Assembly (NCBI GenBank): GCA_038224325.1
Contig: JBBRFL010000008.1
Span: 7,899-71,898, forward strand
Direction of reading: 5' to 3'
Source: Thermoanaerobaculia bacterium
GTDB taxonomy: Bacteria > Acidobacteriota > Thermoanaerobaculia > UBA5066 > Gp7-AA6
Length of the DNA: 64,000 bases
Made by a program: the position numbers and the translations under genes. A model generated the notes under the pieces. It saw only the letters and a program-made list of their open reading frames with translations, made no database searches and was not told where the DNA came from. This document shows positions 40,679-49,497 of the stretch, one piece after another. Positions within the stretch are counted from its first letter, which is position 1, and the number at the start of each line of letters is the position of its first letter.

Positions 40679-40729
40679 TCCGGAATTTGAATATTTCGTC
40701 CGGATTCTTGGGCCGAAACGATCCGGCAT
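40679..40729. promoter_or_regulatory. Direct TCCGG(A/C)(A/T)T repeats at 20-23 bp spacing upstream of the LytTR regulator (candidate LytTR operator)
   Basis: TCCGGAAT is at 40679, TCCGGATT at 40699 and TCCGGCAT at 40722. A further TCCGGAAT is at 40555. Confidence 0.3.
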
Positions 40730-40800
40730 TTTCCGTAACTCCTTCTGTTTCTTTACGTATCACGCTCCGAAGCGTTACCAGAAAACCGAGGAGGTGGGGG

Positions 40801-41568
40801 ATGAAAATCCGGACGCTCATCGTGGACGACGAGCCGCTGGCTCGGGAATGGGTCCGAAACGGCCTTCAGGACGAGCCGGGCATCGAGATCGTGGGCGAGT
40901 GCGGGGACGGGTTCGAGGCGGTCAAGAGCGTAACGGAGTTGAAGCCCGACCTGATGCTGCTCGACGTGCAGATGCCGGGCCTGGACGGATTCGGGGTCCT
41001 CGCGAGCCTGGAGGCCGAAGACCTACCCGCCGTCATCTTCATCACCGCGTTCGATCGGTACGCGCTCAAGGCGTTCGAGGCGCACGCGGTGGACTACCTG
41101 ATGAAGCCGTTCTCGAGCGAGCGCCTGCACGACGCCGTGGAGCGGGCGCGCGCCGAGGTCGACCGGAGCTCCTCGCACGACCTCAAGGCGACGCTGCACG
41201 CGCTCCTGGAGGACATCCAGCGCGAGCGCGCCTATCCCGAGTGGCTCCTGATCAAGAAGGAGGACCGCAGCGTCTTCCTGCGCGTCGCCGACATCGACTG
41301 GATCGAGTCCTCGCGCAACAACGTGCGCCTGCACGTGGGCAAGGAGATCTACGTCTTTCACGAAACCACGACGGGAATCGAGTCCAAGCTCGACCCCAAG
41401 AAGTTCTTCCGGATCCACCGCTCGACGATCGTCAATATCGAGAAGATCAAGGAAATGCACCCGTGGTTCAACGGCGACTACGCCGTCACTCTGAAGGACG
41501 GGACGAAGCTGACCCTGTCGAGCACGTACCGGGAACGCCTCAAGGAGTTCCGGCGACTGGCCGTGTAG
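40801..41568 (+). CDS. LytR/AlgR-family response regulator (receiver plus LytTR DNA-binding domain)
   Basis: N-terminus MKIRTLIVDDEPLARE and the acceptor region LMLLDVQMPGLDGF. The LytTR domain reads FLRVADIDWIESSRNNVRLHVGKEIYVFHETT...FFRIHRSTIVNIEKI. An SD (gaggaggtgg) lies upstream. Confidence 0.9.
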   Translation: MKIRTLIVDDEPLAREWVRNGLQDEPGIEIVGECGDGFEAVKSVTELKPDLMLLDVQMPGLDGFGVLASLEAEDLPAVIFITAFDRYALKAFEAHAVDYLMKPFSSERLHDAVERARAEVDRSSSHDLKATLHALLEDIQRERAYPEWLLIKKEDRSVFLRVADIDWIESSRNNVRLHVGKEIYVFHETTTGIESKLDPKKFFRIHRSTIVNIEKIKEMHPWFNGDYAVTLKDGTKLTLSSTYRERLKEFRRLAV

Positions 41569-41587
41569 GCCGACCGACGGTTTCATC

Positions 41588-42820
41588 ATGAGGTCGGCGG
41601 CCGCGCTCGGTCCGGACGTATTCGGGGCGGAGCCTGCCGCGCCCCCTCCCCGCGCGGCCGCGCCCCGGAGCGAGATTCCCCCGGGGAGCTCCGAGCCGAT
41701 GCGGCCCGGCCCCTCGCGATCGCGCCGGACCCTGGAGATCCTGATCCTCTGGACCGGCGTCGGCCTCTTCTTCGCCGCGCAGCGTTACCTGCGCGGCCCG
41801 TCGCTCCAGCCGCCGCTCGCCCAGGCCTGGTGGAAATCGCTGACGGGAAGCCTCGTGACCGCGTACATCTGGGCCGCTCTGACCCCTTCCGTGATGCAGG
41901 TCGCGCGGCGCCTCCGTCCCCGGAGCGGCACGCGGATCTGGACGGTCCCGATCCTCGTCATGACGGGCGCCGCCGCCGCCCTGCTGCATCTGACCGCGAC
42001 CAACGTGTTCTGGCAGGCGGTCGAGCCGTCCGACGGGTCCCGCGACTTCGTGGCGACGTTCCTCGCGACGCTCGCGTTCGGCGGAGTGGCGCGGCTGGCC
42101 ACGTACTTCGGCCTGGTCGGCGTGACCTGGGGAATCGACGACTACCGCACGTACCGCGAGAAGGAGCTGCAAGCCTCGGAGCTCGAGCGTGAGCTCGTCC
42201 AGACGCAGCTCGAGGCGCTGAAGCTGCGGCTGCACCCCACGTTTTTGTTCAACGCGCTCTCGACCATCCTCCCGCTGATCCGGAGCGAGCCTCACGCCGC
42301 GGCCCGGACCGTCGTCCAGCTGGGCGACATCCTGAGGCTCGCGCTCCACAACGACGCGACCGGCCTGGTGCCGCTCAAGACCGAGATCGAGTACATCCGC
42401 CTGTACCTCCAGATCGAGCAGACCCGGCTCCGGGACCGTCTGGAGGTCGCGTTCGCGATCGAGCCGGAGACCCTCGACGCGGCCGTGCCGAACCTGATTC
42501 TCCTGCCGCTGATCGAGAGCGCCATCGCCAACGGCGTGTCGGTGCGGCCGGGGAGAGCCCGCATCGCCATCGCGGCCCAGCCGGACGCCGACACGCTGCG
42601 CCTGACCGTCCACGAGTCCGCCGCGGATCCGCTGGAGCCTCCCTTCGCGGTCGCGATCGACGACTCCTTCGTCCGGAAGACGCGGCTGCGCCTGGAGCTC
42701 CTGTATCCCGGGCAGCACGAGGTCGCGATCTCCGACCGGCTGGAGAAGGGGCACGCGGTCGAGCTCATCCTGCCGCTCTCCCCCGCGTCCCACGAGGTCA
42801 CGGCGCTGGGGGCGGTGTGA
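41588..42820 (+). CDS. LytS/His_kinase-family membrane sensor paralogue with degenerate catalytic motifs (probable pseudokinase)
   Basis: It is paralogous to the next gene along its whole length. The H-box reads LKLRLHPTFLFNALSTI (His after Pro replaced by Thr). The N-box reads LIESAIANG (Asn replaced by Ser). The G1/G2 regions read VHESAADP and DDSFVRKTRLRLELLY. Confidence 0.75.
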   Translation: MRSAAALGPDVFGAEPAAPPPRAAAPRSEIPPGSSEPMRPGPSRSRRTLEILILWTGVGLFFAAQRYLRGPSLQPPLAQAWWKSLTGSLVTAYIWAALTPSVMQVARRLRPRSGTRIWTVPILVMTGAAAALLHLTATNVFWQAVEPSDGSRDFVATFLATLAFGGVARLATYFGLVGVTWGIDDYRTYREKELQASELERELVQTQLEALKLRLHPTFLFNALSTILPLIRSEPHAAARTVVQLGDILRLALHNDATGLVPLKTEIEYIRLYLQIEQTRLRDRLEVAFAIEPETLDAAVPNLILLPLIESAIANGVSVRPGRARIAIAAQPDADTLRLTVHESAADPLEPPFAVAIDDSFVRKTRLRLELLYPGQHEVAISDRLEKGHAVELILPLSPASHEVTALGAV

Positions 42821-44040
42821 GGGCGGCTCCGCTCGCCGAGGAGAGGCGCTTTCCCACAGCCGCCTGGCGCTGGAGGACCTCGGCATGGGTCCTCCTGGCC
42901 TGGACGCTCGTGGGCCTCTTCCGGGCCGCCGACCGATACTTCAGCGACCCCTTCGAACGGCAGCGCCTCGAGTTCGGGCTGTGGGAGGCCCTCGCGCAGA
43001 GTCTCCTCTCCTCCTACACGTGGGCCGCGCTCACGCCGGCGGTCGTGGCGCTCGCGCGCCGCTCTCTGCCCCGCCGCGGCGAATGGGCCGCGCCCCTCTC
43101 GCGACTGTTGCTGGCCGGCGTCGCCCTGTCCATCGTCCACATCGCGGCTTTTCAGCTCACGTACCCCCTGCTGATGGGCTTTCCCTGCGTCGTCGCGGTC
43201 CAGCTCGCGGCGGTGCCGCGGCTGCTGCCGATCCTTTTCCCCACCCACTTCGTGACCTACTGCGCCATCGTCGGCGCCACGTGGACGTTCCTCTATTCGA
43301 CCCTGTCCCGCGAGCGCGACCTTCGCGCCTCGCAGATGAAGACCCGGGTCGCGACCGCGCGGCTCGAGGCGCTGAAGATGCAGCTGCACCCGCACTTCCT
43401 TTTCAACACCCTCAACAGCATCCTCCCGCTCGTCTTCCGGGACCGCGACGCCGCGGCGCGCACGGTCGTCCGGCTGGGCGACCTGCTTCGGCTGTCGCTT
43501 CAAAACGAGTCGAGCGACTTGATCTCGCTGCGCAGGGAGATCGAGGTCCTGCAGGTCTATCTCGAGATCCAGCAGACGCGGTTCCAGGACCGGCTCACGG
43601 TGCGCCTGGACATCGAGCCCGGAATCGGCGAGGCGCTGGTTCCCAACCTCATCCTGCAGCCGCTGGTCGAGAACGCGATCAAGCACGGGATCGCCGCGAA
43701 GCCCGGAGTCGGACGAGTCGAGGTCCGCGCGTGGCGGGACGGCGGGCGGCTGCGCCTGCGCGTGTGCGACGACGGGCCCGGCCCCTCCGGCGCGGCCCGG
43801 CGCGGAGGCGGGGAGGGAGTGGGCCTGCGCAACACGCGCGACCGCCTCGAGCTCCTGTACGCCGCGGACCACGCCTTCGCGTTCCAGGGCGCGCAGGGGC
43901 TCGGCTGCGAGGTCTCGCTCAGCTTTCCGCTGACCTTCCCGCCGCCGACGACCCTCGCGCGATCCGTCTCGTCCGGGCGCTCGGGCGACGCGCGGCGCCC
44001 GCCGAACGTCGTGGGCCCGAGATGGGCGCCCTCCGCATGA
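42817..44040 (+). CDS. LytS/His_kinase-family sensor histidine kinase with intact motifs
   Basis: The GTG overlaps the preceding stop. The motifs LKMQLHPHFLFNTLNSI, LVENAIKHG, VCDDGPGP and GEGVGLRNTRDRLELLY are all present. Confidence 0.85.
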   Translation: MRAAPLAEERRFPTAAWRWRTSAWVLLAWTLVGLFRAADRYFSDPFERQRLEFGLWEALAQSLLSSYTWAALTPAVVALARRSLPRRGEWAAPLSRLLLAGVALSIVHIAAFQLTYPLLMGFPCVVAVQLAAVPRLLPILFPTHFVTYCAIVGATWTFLYSTLSRERDLRASQMKTRVATARLEALKMQLHPHFLFNTLNSILPLVFRDRDAAARTVVRLGDLLRLSLQNESSDLISLRREIEVLQVYLEIQQTRFQDRLTVRLDIEPGIGEALVPNLILQPLVENAIKHGIAAKPGVGRVEVRAWRDGGRLRLRVCDDGPGPSGAARRGGGEGVGLRNTRDRLELLYAADHAFAFQGAQGLGCEVSLSFPLTFPPPTTLARSVSSGRSGDARRPPNVVGPRWAPSA

Positions 44041-45215
44041 ACACGCCGCGGCGCCTCCTCGCGCTCTGCCTGGCCGCCTGTCTCAGCGGAGCGGCGGCGG
44101 GCGCGTGGCCCCGCCCCGCCGCCTATGGACCCGCGATCCAGAAGTCCCGCGCCATGCTCGACCAGGTGCTGCAGTTGTACCCCGGCACGGCCGTCGCGGT
44201 CGCGGTCGGCGACGACATCGTCTGGTCGACCGCCTTCGGCTTCGCGGACGTGGACCGGCAGAGGCCGGTCTCCCGGTCGACCCAGTTTCGGATCTACGAG
44301 GTGGCGATGCCGCTGACGGCGACCGTCATGGCGAGGCTCGCGGAGGAGGGGCGCATCGACCTCGACGCGCCGCTGCAGAGGTATCTGCCGGACGTGCAGG
44401 AGATGGCCTCCCCGGTGACCCTGCGGCTGCTCGCGGCGCACCTGGCGGGCGTGCGCGACTTCGCGGAGGGAGAGGAGATCCCGGGCCCGTGCACCGGAGC
44501 CCGCGAGGCGCTCCGAAGCCTTACCTCCCGGCCGTTCGTGCGGCCGGCCGGACTGGCCTACGGGATCTCCCGCCACGGCTACCTGATGCTGTCGGCGGCC
44601 CTGGAATCCGCCACCGGCGAGCGGTTCGCGGACCTCCTGACCCACACACTCTCCGGGCCGACGGGCATGACGTCGACGATGATCGACGATCCGCGCCGGT
44701 GGCTGCCGGGCCGCTCCCTCTTCTACGAACGGGGATTCCTGGGTCTCCTGCGCGCGGCGCGGACGGTGGATACGAGCTGCCGCTCCGGAGCGGGAGGCCT
44801 CGTCTCGACGACCGAGGACCTGGTTCGGTTCGGCGCCGCGCTCCTGCGCGGAGAGATCGTGCGGCGCGACACCGTGGAAACGATGTTCACTCCCCAAAGG
44901 ACCCGCAACGGATCCGATACCGGATACGGGCTGGGCTGGTACGTCAATACCGACGCGCGGGGACGCCGGTACCTGTGGCACGACGGGCGAGGAGTCGGGG
45001 GACGCGCCGCAATCGTCGTCGTGCCGCACGCGCGCCTCGTCACCGTGATGCTCTCCAACATCGAGGGCGAAAGGCTGGACGAGCACGCGCGGCGCATCGC
45101 GGCGTTCTTCCTCGACTCCGACGACTCCGCGGGACGCGATCAGCTCCGCGTCTCGGTTCCGCCGGGACCGGCGCCGCCCTTCGCGTACAAGACCGCCCCC
45201 GCTCCGGGCGAGTAG
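44037..45215 (+). CDS. Secreted beta-lactamase/PBP-fold (serine hydrolase family) protein lacking the Ser-x-x-Lys nucleophile motif
   Basis: The ATG overlaps the kinase stop (ATGA) and a signal peptide follows. The family-typical context FRIxSVSKxFTA...L.LDDP...YLP reads FRIYEVAMPLTATVMARLAEEGRIDLDAPLQRYLPD. The Y-x-N region reads YGI and the KTG/HTG region reads HDG. Confidence 0.7.
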   Translation: MNTPRRLLALCLAACLSGAAAGAWPRPAAYGPAIQKSRAMLDQVLQLYPGTAVAVAVGDDIVWSTAFGFADVDRQRPVSRSTQFRIYEVAMPLTATVMARLAEEGRIDLDAPLQRYLPDVQEMASPVTLRLLAAHLAGVRDFAEGEEIPGPCTGAREALRSLTSRPFVRPAGLAYGISRHGYLMLSAALESATGERFADLLTHTLSGPTGMTSTMIDDPRRWLPGRSLFYERGFLGLLRAARTVDTSCRSGAGGLVSTTEDLVRFGAALLRGEIVRRDTVETMFTPQRTRNGSDTGYGLGWYVNTDARGRRYLWHDGRGVGGRAAIVVVPHARLVTVMLSNIEGERLDEHARRIAAFFLDSDDSAGRDQLRVSVPPGPAPPFAYKTAPAPGE

Positions 45216-45231
45216 CTCCGCCTCCGGGCCC

Positions 45232-45255
45232 GCGTCCGCGTCTGCGTCCGCGTCC
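45232..45255. repeat. Intergenic hexanucleotide microsatellite (GCGTCC/GCGTCT) x4
   Basis: The sequence is gcgtcc gcgtct gcgtcc gcgtcc, lying between the serine-hydrolase-like gene and the next ORF. Confidence 0.8.
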
Positions 45256-45284
45256 GCGCGGTATCATCGACCGGAGACTGTGCC

Positions 45285-45749
45285 GTGCGATCCTCCTCCT
45301 GGCGCGCCCTTGCTCTCGAGGCAGCCGCGGTGCTGGTCATGGCCGCCTCGGTCCTCTCGGGCGGTCTCGCGTTGCCCCGCGAGGTGCGCGTCGCCTTCCG
45401 CGACGCGTGGCCGAGCGTGTTCCCGGGCCAGCTCCAGCAGCAGCTCGCCGTCGTCGAGGCGAGCGTTCCCCCGGGACCGACGCTCCTCCACGTCTCCGAC
45501 TGGGCATCGGACCCCGGCACGGGTTGGTATTCCCGGTTGTGGCAGAGGGCCCTCTACCCCCGCAACGCCGTCATCCTTCTGATGAGGGACATCACGCCGG
45601 AGCGGATCGCGGAGCTCCGACGACAGTATCGGCCCCGCTACGCGATCTCGGTCGGGACCCCGCCGATCGATCCCGGGTTTCTGTGGCATCGCGACCTCGG
45701 AGTCGTGCCGGGATCCCGGCAGACCTGGTTCGGGGAATTGCGCCCTTGA
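45285..45749 (+). CDS. Hypothetical membrane-anchored protein
   Basis: GTG start, one N-terminal TM helix (ALALEAAAVLVMAASVLSGGLAL) and coding-like composition. It is coupled (TTGA overlap) to the next gene. Confidence 0.5.
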   Translation: MRSSSWRALALEAAAVLVMAASVLSGGLALPREVRVAFRDAWPSVFPGQLQQQLAVVEASVPPGPTLLHVSDWASDPGTGWYSRLWQRALYPRNAVILLMRDITPERIAELRRQYRPRYAISVGTPPIDPGFLWHRDLGVVPGSRQTWFGELRP

Positions 45750-47158
45750 GGATCGACCCGCTCGGGCTTGGGGTCGCTCTCACCCTCGCCCTCTCGTTCG
45801 CCGCGCTGGGCGAGGTTATCCTCTGGCGGCGATCGCTCGACCCCTTCTCCTGGAACGAGTCGTTTCTCGTGGGCGCGGGGACGAGCGCCGCGGTCCTCTT
45901 CCCGCTCTCGCTTCTGAGCCCGAGCGGGGCGCTGCGATGCGTCTTCGCGGCGCTCGCCTTCGCGCTGGCGGGAATCGTCATTCGAGAAATCGCCCGGCGG
46001 CCACGGGCTCGAAACGCGGGAGGGAACCGGGCCGGACTCCCCTGGCGCCGGGATCCCGTGGCGCTGGCCTTGCTGGCCGCGCTCGCGCTCGTCGTCGTGG
46101 CGTTCACGGCCCTCGTCCTGAGGTACAGCCACTTCTGGGACGGCTTCCAGATCTGGGCGACGAAGGCCCAGCTCCTGTACTTCCGGGGCGCGCTGAGCCG
46201 CTTCTGGTTCCCGGAAGACGCATACGACTCGCGGATCCTGGAATACCCGCCGCTCGTGCCGCTTCAGGAGGCGCTCCTGAGCATGGGCCGCGGCCGTTTC
46301 GACTTCGACGCCGTCAAGCCCGTGTTCCTGCCGCTCTACGCCTCGATGCTGCTCTCGACCTTCGCCGCCGCCCAGTCGGCGACCGGATCGGTTCGCGCGG
46401 CGCTCGCGGCGGCGCTTTTGCTGGCGCTCCTGCGCCAGGCCTCGGCGGGGACCGCGGCGGGAGGATACGCCGACATGCCCCTGGCGGCGTTCGTCGCGGG
46501 CGCCGTGGCCGCGGGGCTTCGATCGGGCGCGACGAGAGGCGGCGGGAGCGCGGCCCTCCCCTGGCTTGTCGGATCGCTGACGACCGTCAAGTCGGAGGGA
46601 ATCCTCCTCGCCGGGGCGGGCTGCGCGGCCGTCCTGGCGTTCTGGGCCCTGGAGGCACCCCGACGCGCGTTCGCGCGGGCGCTCGCAAGCTGGCGAGGCG
46701 TTGCCGTCGTTCTCGCGTTCGTCGGAATCCGCGTCGCGTATGTCCGCTGGCTGGGCATACACGACATCACGTACGGGCCGCTCGACGCCGCTCACTTCGA
46801 GAGGGCGCGACGGATTCTCGGGACGGTGGCCCGCGTCTGCGCTCGCGTGGCGATGGATCCCGCGTCGTGGGGGTTCTTCTGGCCGGCGTTCCTCGTCGCG
46901 GCGGCTCTCGTCGCGGTGCTCGGCGCGAACCGCGAACGGTCGCTCGCTCTGGCCGTCGGTGGCGCCATCGCGATCGACACGACCATCTTTCTCTTCACGA
47001 ACTGGGACCCGGAGCTTCAGATCACCCAGGCCTATCCCCGCCTCCTCCTCCAGGTCGCGCCCGCGGCGGCCGTCGTGATCGCGACGGGTTACGTCCGCGC
47101 CCGGAAGGCCGTCGCGCCGACCGGCCTTCGGGCGACTGGCGAAGGCGCGTCTCCCTGA
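45746..47158 (+). CDS. Polytopic membrane protein, possibly a GT-C-fold glycosyltransferase
   Basis: It has ten or more hydrophobic segments. One loop (FWDGFQIWATKAQLLYFRG...ILEYPPLVPLQEALL) resembles ArnT/PMT-type GT-C loops. The TTG at 45746 overlaps the preceding stop, so the start is uncertain. Confidence 0.5.
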   Translation: MRIDPLGLGVALTLALSFAALGEVILWRRSLDPFSWNESFLVGAGTSAAVLFPLSLLSPSGALRCVFAALAFALAGIVIREIARRPRARNAGGNRAGLPWRRDPVALALLAALALVVVAFTALVLRYSHFWDGFQIWATKAQLLYFRGALSRFWFPEDAYDSRILEYPPLVPLQEALLSMGRGRFDFDAVKPVFLPLYASMLLSTFAAAQSATGSVRAALAAALLLALLRQASAGTAAGGYADMPLAAFVAGAVAAGLRSGATRGGGSAALPWLVGSLTTVKSEGILLAGAGCAAVLAFWALEAPRRAFARALASWRGVAVVLAFVGIRVAYVRWLGIHDITYGPLDAAHFERARRILGTVARVCARVAMDPASWGFFWPAFLVAAALVAVLGANRERSLALAVGGAIAIDTTIFLFTNWDPELQITQAYPRLLLQVAPAAAVVIATGYVRARKAVAPTGLRATGEGASP

Positions 47159-49497
47159 TGAATTCGGACTACCGCTGGATCGCAAAGCGGAGCTTCCTGC
47201 TCCTCACCGCCCTCGCCCTGATCAATTCGTGGCCGATGCTGTCGGGAAGAGTCCCCTTTCCCGCCGCCATGGTGACGCAGTTCCCCCCGTGGGAAACGGT
47301 GAGGGGACCGAACCTCCACATCCCCCCGCGCAACGAGCTCGGGGATCTCGTCACCGAGCTCTATCCGTGGAAGGCGTTCACCCATCGCGCGATCGCGAGC
47401 GGGACGCTGCCGCTCTGGAACGCGTATCTGCTCCTCGGCGCTCCCTTCGTCGGGGATCTGCAGACCGCGCTCTTCTATCCGCCCCACCTGCTCTACGCTC
47501 TTCTCCCGACTCCCCTCGCCTGGTCCCTCTCGTTTCTCCTGAGGGCGGTGCTCGCCGGGCTGCTCGCCTCGCTTCTGGCTCGAGCTCTCGGCGCGAACCG
47601 GACCGCCTCGATCGGGGCGGGGGTGGTCTTCGGATTCTGCGGGTGGGTGACGGCGTTCCAGGCGCGGCCGCATCTGGACACGTCCCTCTGGCTGCCCCTG
47701 ATCTTCCTCTCCATCGATCGACTGCAACGGCGGCCGGGAGGCGCCGCGGTGGCGCTCGTCGCCGCGGCCTTCGCGCTGCCGGTCCTGGCGGGACAGCCCG
47801 AGAACGCGGCGCATACGACGATCGCCGGCCTCGCGTTCTTCGCGTACCGCCTCGCGATGCCCGGCGGCGCCCCGGGGGCGCCCGGCCGGGCGCGCTTCGC
47901 GGCCCTCTTCGGCGCGGCCGGGTTCCTCGCGATGGGCCTCGCGGCCGTACAGATGCTCCCCGCGCTCGAGTGGATCGGACAGCTCCAACGCGGGTTTCAC
48001 ATGCACTTCGGCCCAAAGCCGCTGCACGAGCTCGCGACGTTTCTCTCCCGGGACCTCCGCGCGAGCCCGAACTCGGCCGGAGTCCAGATTCCGGAGAGCG
48101 CCGGGTACGCCGGAATGCTCGCCCTCCTCGTGGCTCCGCTCGCCCTCCTCCACCGCAACCGGCGCGACGCGATCTTCTTCGTCGTCCTCGTCGCGTGCGC
48201 GCTCCAGATCGTCTACGGCCACGGGCCGATCTACTGGCTGGCGGAGCGCACGCCCGTTCTCAAGGCCATTCCCAACGGGAGACTGCTCGTCGTCATCGAC
48301 CTGGGCCTCGCCGTGCTCGCGGCGATGGGCCTGACGGCGCTCGCGGATCGGCTCGAGGCCGGCGACCGACGGACACGCGAGATCGCCTGGCTCCTCTCCG
48401 GCGCCGCCCTGGTCCCGGCGGCTTTGGGGATCGCCCTCGTCATCGCGCGCGGCCAGGCCCCGACGACGGCGGGGGCGCGGCTCCCGGTCTCGATCCTCCA
48501 GGGGCCGCCGTCCTCCGCCGTGGTCCTCTTCGCCGCCGCGCTGCTCGTGGGCCTCGGGCTCTCCGGCCGGCTTCGAGGCGGCCGCTTCGCCGCGGCGGCA
48601 CTCGCCTTCACGGCGGTCGACCTGGTCACCGCGAGCCGCGGGGCCTTCCCGTTCGCGCGACCCGGCGAGATCTTCCCTCCGGCGCCCACCTTCGACTTCC
48701 TCGCGCGGGATCGCTCGCCGCATCGCGTGGCGTCGACCGATCTCACCTGGGGATCGAACTTCGAGATCATGTACGGCCTGAGATCCGCGACCGGCTACAC
48801 GGTTCCCCTGCGCCGGGCGCGCAGGCTCCTCTCGACCCTCGGGCCGGAGGGCGACGCCACGAGCTTCCAGGCGGGGCAAATCGTCGCGTCGAACAACCGG
48901 GTGCTGGACCTCATGAGCGTGAAGTACCTCGCCGCCAACACGTGGAACGGAAGCGCCGAGACGCTCGCATCGCGGCCGGGCCGCTTTCGCCTAGCGTTCT
49001 CGGACGGGAGCGTGAGGATCTTCGAGAACCTGCGGGTTCTGCCGCGGGCGTTCCTCGTTCCCGCCGCGGGCATCCGGGTCCTCCCGGACGAGGACTCGCA
49101 GCTGGCGCGCCTGCGCGCATCCGATTTCGATCCGGCCACGGAAGTCATTCTCCCGGATCGACCCGTGCCGCCGCGCGACGCGCCCGGAAGCGAGGCGCTC
49201 CGCGGCGGGGAGGTGACCGGCTTCGAGGAGCGCATCAACGACGCGAGGCTTCGGATCCGGGCCGACGGCCCCGGGATTCTCGTGCTCTCGCAGATGCACT
49301 ACCCCGGCTGGAAGGCGCTCATCGACGGCCGGGCGAGCCCCGTTCTCCGGGTCGACTACGCCTTCCTGGGGGTCGCGGTCGAAGCCGGCACCCATGACGT
49401 GCGATGGGTCTTCGCGCCGGGAACGCTGCGAATCGGGGCGCTGCTGTCGGGGGCGGCCCTCATCGCGTGCCTCGCTCTCTGCAGGAAGCGGGGCTAG
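47158..49497 (+). CDS. YfhO-family membrane protein (glycan/teichoic-acid-type glycosylation family)
   Basis: The ATG overlaps the upstream stop (TGATG). The N-terminus reads ELYPWKAFTHRAIASGTLPLWNAYLLLGAPFVGDLQTALFYPP. The C-terminus reads SQMHYPGWKALIDGRASPVLRVDYAFLGVAVEAGTHDVRWVFAP. Both are typical of YfhO proteins. Confidence 0.75.
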   Translation: MNSDYRWIAKRSFLLLTALALINSWPMLSGRVPFPAAMVTQFPPWETVRGPNLHIPPRNELGDLVTELYPWKAFTHRAIASGTLPLWNAYLLLGAPFVGDLQTALFYPPHLLYALLPTPLAWSLSFLLRAVLAGLLASLLARALGANRTASIGAGVVFGFCGWVTAFQARPHLDTSLWLPLIFLSIDRLQRRPGGAAVALVAAAFALPVLAGQPENAAHTTIAGLAFFAYRLAMPGGAPGAPGRARFAALFGAAGFLAMGLAAVQMLPALEWIGQLQRGFHMHFGPKPLHELATFLSRDLRASPNSAGVQIPESAGYAGMLALLVAPLALLHRNRRDAIFFVVLVACALQIVYGHGPIYWLAERTPVLKAIPNGRLLVVIDLGLAVLAAMGLTALADRLEAGDRRTREIAWLLSGAALVPAALGIALVIARGQAPTTAGARLPVSILQGPPSSAVVLFAAALLVGLGLSGRLRGGRFAAAALAFTAVDLVTASRGAFPFARPGEIFPPAPTFDFLARDRSPHRVASTDLTWGSNFEIMYGLRSATGYTVPLRRARRLLSTLGPEGDATSFQAGQIVASNNRVLDLMSVKYLAANTWNGSAETLASRPGRFRLAFSDGSVRIFENLRVLPRAFLVPAAGIRVLPDEDSQLARLRASDFDPATEVILPDRPVPPRDAPGSEALRGGEVTGFEERINDARLRIRADGPGILVLSQMHYPGWKALIDGRASPVLRVDYAFLGVAVEAGTHDVRWVFAPGTLRIGALLSGAALIACLALCRKRG

